From: Candidatus Sericytochromatia bacterium
GTDB lineage: Bacteria > Cyanobacteriota > Sericytochromatia > UBA7694
Assembly: GCA_037968875.1 (NCBI GenBank)
Contig: JBBKWI010000108.1
Coordinates: forward strand, 2,305 to 66,304
Length of the DNA stretch: 64,000 bases
Direction: 5' to 3'
Shown here: positions 9,187 through 18,296 of the stretch, one piece after another
Layout: the number at the start of each line of letters is the position of its first letter
How positions within the stretch are numbered: position 1 is the first letter of the stretch
The notes under the pieces: generated by a model
Told to the model about the DNA's origin: nothing
Databases searched by the model: none
What the model saw: only the letters and a program-made list of their open reading frames with translations
Position numbers and translations under genes: made by a program

Positions 9187-9993
9187 TTATTGAGCCTGCG
9201 GATTTGAAGAAGAAGGAGCTAGCTGAATTGATTCCAGACGCTCGGTGCCAAAGAGACTGCGCCGGGTCTGCATCAGGTAAGTTCTACCGGGCACCAATTG
9301 CTGATACTGGCTATAAGTAATCTGTTGCTTGATTTTGCGTCGGGGGCGTCGCCAACCCGCCAGATCAGCCCTGTAGCTAATGGCTCCTTTGCTGCCCCGG
9401 TGGATCTCTGTGCCCAATATACGCACTGAGTAGCTTGGGTGTGAGAGCGTCAGGCTCAGATCGAGTAGGGCACAGCTGCCGACTAAAAACCAGGTCAAGC
9501 AAGCCCAGATACAGACTTTCTCGACCGTTCGGATCCCGGGAGATTCAATGCGCTGGTCGGAGTTTACCAATTCAGAGAAAGCCTGCAGTGGGTTGTGCTT
9601 GCGATTGGCTCGCGGTAAATAGCGCCAGGAATAGCCTACAATAGCCACAAAAAAGAGAATCCCGAGGATCATATTCCACCAGAACAAATAACCCGCCAGC
9701 CCCAGCAGTGCAAATAAAGCCAGGCTCATCCATGTTTTTTGCAAGCTGGGCATCCAGCCGCCCCCATAAAGGGGAGCCAGTACCGGGTAAATCTGTTTTT
9801 CAATCTGACGGCTAAGCCCAAAGGCGACAAGCATCAGCCCCCAAATCAGCCAGTGGGGAACGCTTTCAAACACAAGCTGGAGGCTGCCCCAAAACAAAAA
9901 TATCCCCCCCAGAATAAAGGCCGCAGTCCAGGCTACAGGGCTCAGGGCCGGATAAGTAAACCCCAGGCGAATCCATTTTTTTTCGGTAATCAT
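9187..9993 (-). CDS. Hypothetical multi-pass membrane protein with C-terminal beta domain
   Basis: About five hydrophobic segments followed by a basic beta-rich tail; coding-like composition. Confidence 0.65.
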   Translation of the reverse strand: MITEKKWIRLGFTYPALSPVAWTAAFILGGIFLFWGSLQLVFESVPHWLIWGLMLVAFGLSRQIEKQIYPVLAPLYGGGWMPSLQKTWMSLALFALLGLAGYLFWWNMILGILFFVAIVGYSWRYLPRANRKHNPLQAFSELVNSDQRIESPGIRTVEKVCIWACLTWFLVGSCALLDLSLTLSHPSYSVRILGTEIHRGSKGAISYRADLAGWRRPRRKIKQQITYSQYQQLVPGRTYLMQTRRSLFGTERLESIQLAPSSSNPQAQ

Positions 9994-10103
9994 CAGTCGA
10001 GTTTATACATCTTCTTTTCAATTTTTAAGGGGAACTTAACGTCAGCCTTGTCGATCCCCTGGCGACAAATATCATAATAGAATAACTCAGGCAGGTCAGT
10101 GAT

Positions 10104-10904
10104 TTGAATATTTCGTCTACGTCCGCTAATGTTCCCGTCGATTCAGCTCTCAAACAAGAGAAAATCAAGCCAGACCTGCAGGCAGCCAAAGTCTCTGATA
10201 CGAGCCTAAAATCTACAGCGCAGCCAAAAACGCAGACCAAAGATCAAGCCAAATTAGAAGCACTGGGTAAAACCGGACAGGCCCAGGCGACCCTAAGTTT
10301 GGAACCCGATTATCAACTCAAGCACACAAAAAGTGGCGCGCAAGTCACGGGCTTTCCGCCTGGAAACCCGCCTGCTTTTGAAACGATTCTGCGCGATATA
10401 TTTCCCGATGCCGAATCGATAGAATTGATTCGCACTGATTCACAACGGCCCTATGATAAATCTGTCTTTAATGTCGATGGTCAGTCTGTTGAAGTCAGCT
10501 TTATGTGGGGTGGGTTTTTACCGGGTAATTCTGTTGAAGTCACCGCTTTAGAAGGTCAATTGCCACCGTTTAAAGAAATTCTACAGTCGCCTTCTGACAA
10601 GAAAATTCCTCTGAGCGATCCCGGTAAGCTCTTTCCCAAATCAGAACCGATCTCCTTTGATATCAAAAAATCTGCCAACGGCGGTTTTGGTTTGAGTGGC
10701 TTTCCAGCGGGTAGTCCCCCGCCACTTAAAGCGGTTTTAGCAGAAATTTTCCCTGACGCTAAAGATATTCAGATACTGGGCGAAAGTCATGATCGCCCTT
10801 TTGATATTTATCAATTTCAGGTCGACGGTCAGAACTACGAATACAAATTTTTGTTTGGTGGCATTATTGCCAGTTCACAGGCCAGTATTCAGCCGATTGA
10901 TTAA
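10104..10904 (+). CDS. Hypothetical protein with a duplicated ~65-aa domain
   Basis: TTG start; two copies of the GFP.G.PP....L..IFPDA..I......RP.D...F.VDGQ..E..F..GG unit. Confidence 0.7.
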   Translation: MNISSTSANVPVDSALKQEKIKPDLQAAKVSDTSLKSTAQPKTQTKDQAKLEALGKTGQAQATLSLEPDYQLKHTKSGAQVTGFPPGNPPAFETILRDIFPDAESIELIRTDSQRPYDKSVFNVDGQSVEVSFMWGGFLPGNSVEVTALEGQLPPFKEILQSPSDKKIPLSDPGKLFPKSEPISFDIKKSANGGFGLSGFPAGSPPPLKAVLAEIFPDAKDIQILGESHDRPFDIYQFQVDGQNYEYKFLFGGIIASSQASIQPID

Positions 10905-11812
10905 TACTCCTTGAAAACCCGTTGAGCCAGGCGTCGCATAATAGCGTCAAAAGGTCGCGGGGCAAGATGGCGGGCTTCAATGGCTATTTTTTCAATGGCA
11001 CCCAGGATATGCTCCGTCTTGTGCTCCAGGATCGCCTGCAGTGTTTCACGGGCCACACGCTCTGCTGACATGCCAAAATAACTTTCGGGATTAAAACGGA
11101 TGGCGGGCTTATGGGCCGCCGCCTGCACAATTTCGGTCTGGGTCGAGGTTGGGCAGACCAGCAAGAGTCGTATGCCATAAGACGCTAGCTCCATGCGCAA
11201 GGCATTACTCAGGCCATTCAGAGCATGTTTGCTAGCTGAATAATTGCCGAGCCCCGGTTGGGCAATTTTACCCGCCACCGAAGAGACATTCACAATCAAC
11301 CCCTGGCGGCGGGCTTGCATGCCCGGCAGCACGGCCTGAATGCCATGCACGACGCCCCAGTAATTGACTTCAAAAACCCGGCGCATTTCGCTGAGTTGAT
11401 CCTGCTGGAAATAAGCATAAGAAGCGATACCTGCGTTATTAATCAAAATATCCACCGGGCCGAGTTGGGCTTCGGTGGTACTGATCAAGGCTTTTAAGGC
11501 TTCTGGATCTTGTACATCTGTGGGCAGATAGCTGACCGAAACGGAATACTGGGCCGAGAGGGTTTTTGCTAGTTCGGCCAGCTGATCTTCACGTCGGGCA
11601 GCCAGCATTAAGTGACAGCCCGCTGCGGCCAGTTCCCTGGCCAGGGCAGCACCGATTCCACTTGAAGCCCCGGTGATCACGGCGACCTGCCCTTTGATTT
11701 GCTCACGTCGAGCGGGCATTTGTTGGCGCTTCCAGACTAAGTATAGGCTCTGCAAAGCCCCCCAGCTTACCAGGCCCCAGAGGGCACTCTGTTTGAGTTT
11801 TAGGCTTTTCAT
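10901..11812 (-). CDS. SDR family NAD(P)-dependent oxidoreductase
   Basis: TGASSGIG, NNAG and YSASK motifs. Confidence 0.93.
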   Translation of the reverse strand: MKSLKLKQSALWGLVSWGALQSLYLVWKRQQMPARREQIKGQVAVITGASSGIGAALARELAAAGCHLMLAARREDQLAELAKTLSAQYSVSVSYLPTDVQDPEALKALISTTEAQLGPVDILINNAGIASYAYFQQDQLSEMRRVFEVNYWGVVHGIQAVLPGMQARRQGLIVNVSSVAGKIAQPGLGNYSASKHALNGLSNALRMELASYGIRLLLVCPTSTQTEIVQAAAHKPAIRFNPESYFGMSAERVARETLQAILEHKTEHILGAIEKIAIEARHLAPRPFDAIMRRLAQRVFKEY

Positions 11813-11940
11813 GCAATCGATCCTCGCTGCTTAGTTTTCCTATCGAATTTGCGCTTAATTGAATCGCGCCAGGAGGTGTATATGCTATCATGAGAGCACA
11901 ATTTTAGCCCCCAGGCAGAAGGTCCAGGTCAAGTTTAGCG

Positions 11941-13365
11941 ATGTTTGAGAATCTATCTGAACGTTTTCAAAGTGTCTTCCAGAAAGTATGGGGACACGGC
12001 AAAATCACTGAAGAGAACATCACTGAAGCCCTGCGTGAAGTGCGGCGGGCGCTCTTAGAAGCTGACGTTAACCTCAAGGTTATTAAAGGCCTGATGGCCC
12101 GTATCAAAGAAAAAGCTCTGGGCCAGGAAGTTATCAAAAGCCTGACGCCTGGTCAGCAATTTATTAAAATTGTTAACGATGAGCTAACCGAATTACTCGG
12201 TGGCGCCAACGAGCCTCTGAACTATAACGGCTCGCCAGGTGTGATCATGCTCTGCGGCTTACAAGGTGCTGGTAAAACCACCACCTGTGGCAAATTGGGT
12301 AATTATTTGCGCAAGCAAGGCCGCCGGCCTTTATTGGTTGCCGCCGATATTTATCGTCCGGCAGCGATTCAGCAGTTGATTATTCTGGGTAAGCAGCTCA
12401 GCATCCCCGTTTTTCATAAAGATGGCGCCGACCCGGTCGATATTTGCCGCTCGGCCCTGGTCGAAGCCAAAACCCATGGTTATGACACCCTGGTGCTAGA
12501 TACTGCCGGCCGCCTGCATATTGACGAAGTCTTGATGGAAGAGCTGAAACAGATTAAAGTCCATCTGCAGCCTCAGGAGATCTTGTTGGTCGTCGATGCG
12601 ATGGTCGGTCAAGATGCCGTCAATATGGCCAAATCTTTTAACGAAACCCTCGAAATCAGTGGTATCGTGATGACCAAAATGGACGGCGACACCCGCGGTG
12701 GCGCAGCCTTGTCGGTCAAAGAAGTCACAGGTAAATCGATCAAATTGATTGCCAGTGGCGAAAAAATGGATGCTTTACAGCCTTTCCACCCGGAGCGAAT
12801 CGCCAGCCGGATTCTGGGCATGGGTGATGTGGTCTCTCTGGTTGAGCGGGCCCATGAGGTCGTTGATGAAGACGAAGCGAAAGCCCTCGAAGAAAAATTA
12901 CGCCAGAATAACTTTACCTTAGAAGACTTTCTGAATCAGATGCGTCAGGTCAAAAAAATTGGCTCCCTGGAGCAGATCATTGGCATGATCCCGGGGCTCG
13001 GCGGGCAGCTCGATCGCGAAGCGATTAGCTCCGGCGAAAAACAATTGCAAACGATTGAAGCGATTATTCAGTCGATGACCCCTGAAGAGCGTCAAAAGCC
13101 TGAAGTGATCAACGCCAGTCGCCGCAAGCGCATCGCTAAAGGCTCAGGCAATACAGTGCAAGAAGTCGCTCAGATCCTGAAGCAATTTCAGGAAATGCAA
13201 AAAATGATCAAAAAGCTCTCTGGCGCTGGCCTGTTTGGTGGCGGCGGCAAAAAAGGCAAAAAAGGCCTGGCCAGTATGATGGGCAAAGGGGCTATGAAAG
13301 GCATGTCATCGGCCATGCGCAATAATTTCCCTCAGGGTCCACAAGGCCCGCCACCTCGTCGCTAA
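11941..13365 (+). CDS. ffh: Signal recognition particle protein
   Basis: GLQGAGKTTT, DIYRPAA, DTAGR, TKMD, Met-rich M domain, RRKRIAKGSG. Confidence 0.98.
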   Translation: MFENLSERFQSVFQKVWGHGKITEENITEALREVRRALLEADVNLKVIKGLMARIKEKALGQEVIKSLTPGQQFIKIVNDELTELLGGANEPLNYNGSPGVIMLCGLQGAGKTTTCGKLGNYLRKQGRRPLLVAADIYRPAAIQQLIILGKQLSIPVFHKDGADPVDICRSALVEAKTHGYDTLVLDTAGRLHIDEVLMEELKQIKVHLQPQEILLVVDAMVGQDAVNMAKSFNETLEISGIVMTKMDGDTRGGAALSVKEVTGKSIKLIASGEKMDALQPFHPERIASRILGMGDVVSLVERAHEVVDEDEAKALEEKLRQNNFTLEDFLNQMRQVKKIGSLEQIIGMIPGLGGQLDREAISSGEKQLQTIEAIIQSMTPEERQKPEVINASRRKRIAKGSGNTVQEVAQILKQFQEMQKMIKKLSGAGLFGGGGKKGKKGLASMMGKGAMKGMSSAMRNNFPQGPQGPPPRR

Positions 13366-13467
13366 AGCCTGGCTCGGCTCACTGGCTGAGCTTAGATCAC
13401 CTTTATCTGGCACGACGCATCGGTTAGAATGAAGAGACGCTACTGTAGCGAGCTTATTTACATAGAG

Positions 13468-13500
13468 ACTCTAACGAGTTTCTAACCAGACTCTAACCAG
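13468..13500 (+). repeat. Three tandem 11-bp repeats (ACTCTAACGAG / TTTCTAACCAG / ACTCTAACCAG)
   Basis: Read directly; the array ends 9 nt before the rlmN ATG. Confidence 0.8.
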
Positions 13501-13509
13501 GAAAAAACC

Positions 13510-14553
13510 ATGCATTCTCTTTTTGATTTACCGGCCCTCAAACAGCTCTGGAAAGCGCGTCGCTGGGGGCAACCCGCCTGGCAGACCTTCGAGCGGGGCT
13601 TGTTTATCGATCTCTGGGATTCGTATGCGGCGATGCATGACAGCTTGCCGCCAGGGATTCGTGAGGCTCTGGCCGAAGAAGTCCCCTTTGAACCGCTGAA
13701 ATGTGTGCAGCAAGTGGAATCTAGCGATGGCACCCTCAAGGTTTTGTTTGAAACCGCCGATGGCCTCAAGTTGGAATCGGTGCTGATGAATTATCAGTCA
13801 AGCAATAAGCCAGCCCGTTATAGTGTCTGTGTCTCGTCTCAGATTGGTTGTCCGGCCCGTTGCAGCTTTTGTGCCACCGCCACCATGAACTACTCCCGCA
13901 ATTTACGCGCTGATGAGATCTTAGCTCAGGTGGTCTGGTTTAATCGCCATTTGCTGAAGCAAGGCCGTCGCGTACACAATGTCGTCTTTATGGGCATGGG
14001 TGAACCGCTACTCAATTATGAAGCCGTTAAAGAAGCTATCGAAGGCCTGTTAACCCAGCGTTACTTTCAGATGGGGCCACGCCATATCTCGGTCTCCACT
14101 GTCGGTATTATTCCGGGTATCGAAAAACTACTGGCTGATCAAGTTACCGTCAATTTGGCGGTCTCCCTACACGCTCCCAATGACACCGTACGCAATCAAA
14201 TTGTGCCGATCAATCGTTCGTATCCGATCGCCGATTTGCTCGAAGTGCTGGATCGCTGGTGTGCGACCACCAAAAAAGATATTTTTTATGAGTATGTGAT
14301 GCTGCGAGGTGTCAATGATCAACCCGAGCACGCCCGCGAACTGGGTGAACTCTTAAAAGATCGCCGCTGTCGCTTTAATTTGATCCCCTATAATCCCGGC
14401 CCTGGTCTCAAAGAATTGCAGCCTACCGAGCAAGAGCAGATCTATCTCTTTGCCGATCAATTGCGCGAAGCTGGCCTGCATGTCTTGATTCGCCATACTT
14501 TTGGCCAGGATATCGCCGCCGCCTGTGGCCAATTGGCCGTCAAGTCAGCCTGA
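13510..14553 (+). CDS. rlmN: 23S rRNA (adenine-C2)-methyltransferase, radical SAM
   Basis: CVSSQIGCPARCSFCAT, FMGMGEP, EYVML and AACGQL motifs. Confidence 0.95.
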   Translation: MHSLFDLPALKQLWKARRWGQPAWQTFERGLFIDLWDSYAAMHDSLPPGIREALAEEVPFEPLKCVQQVESSDGTLKVLFETADGLKLESVLMNYQSSNKPARYSVCVSSQIGCPARCSFCATATMNYSRNLRADEILAQVVWFNRHLLKQGRRVHNVVFMGMGEPLLNYEAVKEAIEGLLTQRYFQMGPRHISVSTVGIIPGIEKLLADQVTVNLAVSLHAPNDTVRNQIVPINRSYPIADLLEVLDRWCATTKKDIFYEYVMLRGVNDQPEHARELGELLKDRRCRFNLIPYNPGPGLKELQPTEQEQIYLFADQLREAGLHVLIRHTFGQDIAAACGQLAVKSA

Positions 14554-14566
14554 GCATAAGATCTAA

Positions 14567-14603
14567 AAGCGCCCCCTGAATCTAATCTGTTCAGGGGGCG
14601 CTT
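14567..14603. terminator. Probable bidirectional intrinsic terminator between convergent genes
   Basis: Perfect 14-bp inverted repeat AAGCGCCCCCTGAA / TTCAGGGGGCGCTT with a 9-nt loop and A/T flanks. Confidence 0.8.
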
Positions 14604-14624
14604 CTGTTTAAAATTAAGTCTTAA

Positions 14625-15287
14625 CTAGACGCCTGCGTTGGTATAACGACAGCCTTCGCCTGTTTTTGCAGCACGGTACTCGCCGCCGCCAGAAGTATTC
14701 TGGTAGGTCGCTGTGTAGCGGTTGCATTTTTCAGGACTTGGAGAAGTACGGTGATCGAATTTGAACTCGGTCAAAGAAGCGATTTCGCCCACAAACAGAG
14801 AGGCAAAAGCTTTGCCACCGAGGGTATCCGTAGGAACGTTGAATGCTTCGCTGGTTGAATCATAAACGACAGGGAAGCGTTTTTTGTTGTCCAGGTTGAC
14901 AACTTCCATATAGCCTTTGGCGTTGCGCACGACAACCATGACGCCCACGACGTTATCAGGACCGCCAAAACGTGAACCTGCTGCTGCATTGCCGCTTAAG
15001 TCAGATCCCAGTTCAGCTTTTGCGCCTTCAGGACCAAAAAAGGTATCGCCTGATTTGACGAATTCGCTGAAGACATTATTTGAAGCGCCCAGATTGCCGG
15101 TGCCCGCAGCACCTGTGCTGCTAGAAGCTCCAGTTGAAGTGCCTGTTGAAGCGCTGCTTGAGCTTCCTGTTGAGCTGCCGTTTGAGAGTCCGCTGTCAGC
15201 AGCGTTCGGGGTTTCCATGTCGCCACAGGCAACCAGGCTGGCGCTACAAAGCGCTAATAATGTGAGTTTGCTTAAAATTTTAATCAT
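14625..15287 (-). CDS. Hypothetical lipoprotein with Ser/Gly/Thr-rich linker
   Basis: MIKILSK...LVAC lipobox; GSSTGSSSSASTGTSTG linker; two C-terminal Cys. Confidence 0.75.
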   Translation of the reverse strand: MIKILSKLTLLALCSASLVACGDMETPNAADSGLSNGSSTGSSSSASTGTSTGASSSTGAAGTGNLGASNNVFSEFVKSGDTFFGPEGAKAELGSDLSGNAAAGSRFGGPDNVVGVMVVVRNAKGYMEVVNLDNKKRFPVVYDSTSEAFNVPTDTLGGKAFASLFVGEIASLTEFKFDHRTSPSPEKCNRYTATYQNTSGGGEYRAAKTGEGCRYTNAGV

Positions 15288-15420
15288 AAAAAATAACTTC
15301 CTTAATTCTTGTTACAGGGCTTACTGTCCATGGATAGATACAGCACCCCAACCTGATACAGACGTCTCAAATGAGGGGAAGGTTCCATTTAGCGATCCAG
15401 TGAGGATAAGCTCGTCTTTC

Positions 15421-15439
15421 CATAACCTTTTCATAACCT
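15421..15439 (+). promoter_or_regulatory. Candidate OmpR/PhoB-type site: CATAACCT-TTT-CATAACCT
   Basis: Exact 8-bp direct repeat with 11-bp period, upstream of a TACAAT -10-like hexamer at 15464-15469. Confidence 0.4.
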
Positions 15440-15539
15440 ATTCCCTTCTTCAGCTCTCTGGGGTACAATGATCCGGTGTTATCTTAAGCATCATTCGCTA
15501 AGATAGCCCTTATTTTGTAAGTCGTAAAAGGAATCAACT

Positions 15540-16169
15540 ATGAGTCGTTATCGTGGACCCAAAGAACGACTTTCTCGTGCCCTCGGACTAAACCTCTTTC
15601 TTAAAGGCAAACGCTACGAAGCCGGAAAGAGTGCATTTCACCGCGGACGGAATTTCCGCCCCGGACAGCATGGTAGAGATCGTCACAAAATTTCTGAGTA
15701 CGGACTCCGTCTCAGAGAAAAACAAAAACTGCGTTTTATGTATGGAATGTCTGAAAAGCAATTCCGTAGTTATTATGATGTTGCGTCTAGAAGCGTCGGC
15801 ACAACCGATGAGCGTTTCCTGCAATTGCTAGAAACCCGTCTGGATAACGTCATTTACCGCATGAAATTTGCAACCACCCGTGCCCAGGCGCGTCAATTCG
15901 TTGGACATGGTCATGTATTGATCAATGGTAAAAAAGTAGACATCCCTTCTTATCGCATGAAGCCTGGTGATCAGGTTGAAATCCGTGAGAAAAGCAAAAA
16001 ATTCGTTAGCGATAGCATCGAAGGTTTTGTTGGCGAAGTTATTCCTGAATGGTTAGCTTCTGATACGGTTGATTTAAAAGGATCTGTCACAGATATTCCT
16101 GCTCTTGGGCAAATTGACACTGGCAAATTAATTGAAATCAATCTGATTATCGAGTTCTACTCCAAATAA
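15540..16169 (+). CDS. rpsD: 30S ribosomal protein S4
   Basis: MSRYRGP, PGQHG, SEYGLRLREKQK and LETRLDNVIYR motifs; AAGGA SD. Confidence 0.98.
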   Translation: MSRYRGPKERLSRALGLNLFLKGKRYEAGKSAFHRGRNFRPGQHGRDRHKISEYGLRLREKQKLRFMYGMSEKQFRSYYDVASRSVGTTDERFLQLLETRLDNVIYRMKFATTRAQARQFVGHGHVLINGKKVDIPSYRMKPGDQVEIREKSKKFVSDSIEGFVGEVIPEWLASDTVDLKGSVTDIPALGQIDTGKLIEINLIIEFYSK

Positions 16170-16251
16170 TTCCGCTGCCCGATGCGACTGTTTACTTTTA
16201 AGCAGTGCCAGTGCGCTGATTCAAATCAGAGTCAGGCATCGATTAGCAGAT

Positions 16252-16285
16252 TGGGTCTCCTCTCTCGCAGAGGAGGCCCATTTTT
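16252..16285 (+). terminator. Intrinsic terminator after rpsD
   Basis: TGGGTCTCCTCT / AGAGGAGGCCCA stem (one G-U pair) followed by TTTTT. Confidence 0.75.
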
Positions 16286-16324
16286 GCGTATAATGGTTAA
16301 AACGATAGGAAGCCAGAAGCAAAT

Positions 16325-16747
16325 ATGTTTGACTACCCTTATTTGGAAACCCCTGCCTTACGTGATAGCCAGCATCAGATCTATCAGATGCCTCCGGATC
16401 TGGAAAACTGGGTTCAGATTCAATTGGAAATGCGACGCCAAAAAATTCAGGCGGATTTATCTGAGCCTACAAAAGCAAACAAATCCAGAGCAGAAGCTGA
16501 AGATTCAGAGCAAGAAAATGCTTCTGACTTAGCCGAAAAAACCGTTGAGGTCTATTTGACTGAACGCAGTTTTAACAAGAAACCAGTCTTTGTTTTGGGC
16601 TATCAACAAGAGGCCAAACATTACTTACTGGAATGCTGCTATTTTCATATAGTGGCTCCTGAAAAACAGCGCAAGGGACAAGCCCAGGGCATGGAACTCG
16701 TGCTAGATCGGATTCCGCTGGAGCGCGTTTTTGACAGAAAACCATAG
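16325..16747 (+). CDS. Hypothetical protein
   Basis: 140-aa ORF after a TATAAT-like element; overlaps the start of the kinase ORF; no recognisable motif. Confidence 0.55.
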   Translation: MFDYPYLETPALRDSQHQIYQMPPDLENWVQIQLEMRRQKIQADLSEPTKANKSRAEAEDSEQENASDLAEKTVEVYLTERSFNKKPVFVLGYQQEAKHYLLECCYFHIVAPEKQRKGQAQGMELVLDRIPLERVFDRKP

Positions 16748-18236
16748 GGTGACTCAATCGATATCTGCTATTGCCACAGGGCATTGGCAATTAGAGCTGG
16801 AGAGCCAAGACTTTTGGTTATCGCAGGGTTTGTTTCGATGGTTGGCTCCAAGCACAAAACCACTGTCCTTTGCCGGCTTTCTAGATCAATTGGAGCCAGG
16901 TTCTCGTCAGCAATTAGAGACCCTGCTTCAAAATTCAGATTGGCTCCAGAATGCCTTGAATTTGCGTTTTTTAAGCGCTGACCATCAGTATCATTGCCAA
17001 TTGGAACGCATGTCAGGAGCCCGTCCTTTAATTGCTGCCCGTTTAGAACGCTTGCCAACGACCGAGCTGACTGAACGCATCCCCAAACAGGGGCGACTCC
17101 CCCATAATCTGGATCGGGTCTCGGGGGGGGCTGCTTTTTTTGATGCAGAGCAACAAGTTCTGCTGGCCATTCAATTGCTGGCAGAGCAACTGCAAGTAGA
17201 GCGTATCGAAATGTATCGGCCAGGTCAAGAAATCCTGGCTTATGGGACGCCTTTAGCGTCAGCAACTCAGGCTGAAACCTATCGACAATGGAGTGAACAA
17301 GAGCAGGTTCTCTCTTACCAGATAAACTGGCCTGATGACTGCTTTCCACTAGATCTAGATACAGCAGCTGTCCCCTGTGCGATTTTTCCTGTTAATTTGG
17401 CTTATCAAGCGGATGAGGTTCAGGGGCTATTGGTTCTATATCAGCTTCAAGGGTCTACGATCAATGCCTATCAACTGCAATTTGTCAAAATCACCTTGTC
17501 GTGGCTAGAAGCGATGTTAGAGCAACAAGCTAAACTCGAAGATCTCCTCTCTTTAAACAAAAATACAGAGCAAATCTTAAATATCCTGTCGCATGATTTG
17601 CGTAATTCATTGTCTTCTGTGATCGGGCTTAGTCAGTTATTAAAAAGACGCTCCTGGGTCACTGAACCTGGTCTGGACTTATTGGATCGTATCCAGCAAG
17701 CGGGTAAAAATTCGCATAAATTACTCCAAGAAATGCTCACCGTACAAGAGCTGGAAGCCGACGAAAAAGGGGAGCATTTGTATCGTTTGGAACTCTCAAG
17801 CCTGGTCAAGCAAGTGGTCGAAACCTATACCGCTCAGATCCGTGAGCAAGAAATCAGTCTGGAAACAGATCTGATCCAGGGCAAGGTGCAATTGCCTTTG
17901 CATAAGTCCTGGTTTCGGCGTTTGATCGATAATTTATTGAGCAATGCTCTCAAATTTACATTGCGAGGCGGACAGGTGCTGCTTAAAATTGAAAGGCAAG
18001 ACCAGGAACTCCTGATTTCGGTCAAAGATACAGGCGTGGGCATTCCGCTCGAGCTCCAGCAGCATATCTTTAAGCGTTTTTCTCCGGCCCGTCGGATTGG
18101 CTTGCAAGGAGAACGTTCAACGGGACTGGGCTTATACCTGGTGCACCAAATTGTCGAGCTCCATCAGGGGGAGATTGGTTTTGAAAGCAAAGAAGGTCAG
18201 GGTACCCGCTTTTGGATTCGCCTGCCATTGAAGTAA
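16731..18236 (+). CDS. Cytoplasmic sensor histidine kinase (PAS-like/GAF-like, HisKA, HATPase_c)
   Basis: LSHDLRN H-box, LIDNLLSNALKFT N-box, DTGVGIP and STGLGL; no TM segment. Confidence 0.92.
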   Translation: MTENHRVTQSISAIATGHWQLELESQDFWLSQGLFRWLAPSTKPLSFAGFLDQLEPGSRQQLETLLQNSDWLQNALNLRFLSADHQYHCQLERMSGARPLIAARLERLPTTELTERIPKQGRLPHNLDRVSGGAAFFDAEQQVLLAIQLLAEQLQVERIEMYRPGQEILAYGTPLASATQAETYRQWSEQEQVLSYQINWPDDCFPLDLDTAAVPCAIFPVNLAYQADEVQGLLVLYQLQGSTINAYQLQFVKITLSWLEAMLEQQAKLEDLLSLNKNTEQILNILSHDLRNSLSSVIGLSQLLKRRSWVTEPGLDLLDRIQQAGKNSHKLLQEMLTVQELEADEKGEHLYRLELSSLVKQVVETYTAQIREQEISLETDLIQGKVQLPLHKSWFRRLIDNLLSNALKFTLRGGQVLLKIERQDQELLISVKDTGVGIPLELQQHIFKRFSPARRIGLQGERSTGLGLYLVHQIVELHQGEIGFESKEGQGTRFWIRLPLK

Positions 18237-18296
18237 GCGCAGCTTTCAAACCCGGAGCTGAAAGTGTTATGATAAGGCCAATCTACTTTCAATGAG

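Noticed and set aside
11813-11940. Possible SRP (4.5S) RNA next to ffh (CAGGCAGAAGGTCCAGGTC)
   Set aside because: It does not contain the conserved CAGGTCCGGAAGGAAGCAG order, and no enclosing long hairpin is evident.
14917-15471. 184-aa plus-strand Pro/Glu/Leu-rich ORF
   Set aside because: It is antisense to the Ser/Gly/Thr linker of the lipoprotein, which has a clear lipobox.
16768-17349. 193-aa minus-strand ORF
   Set aside because: It lies entirely opposite the histidine kinase and has no motif.
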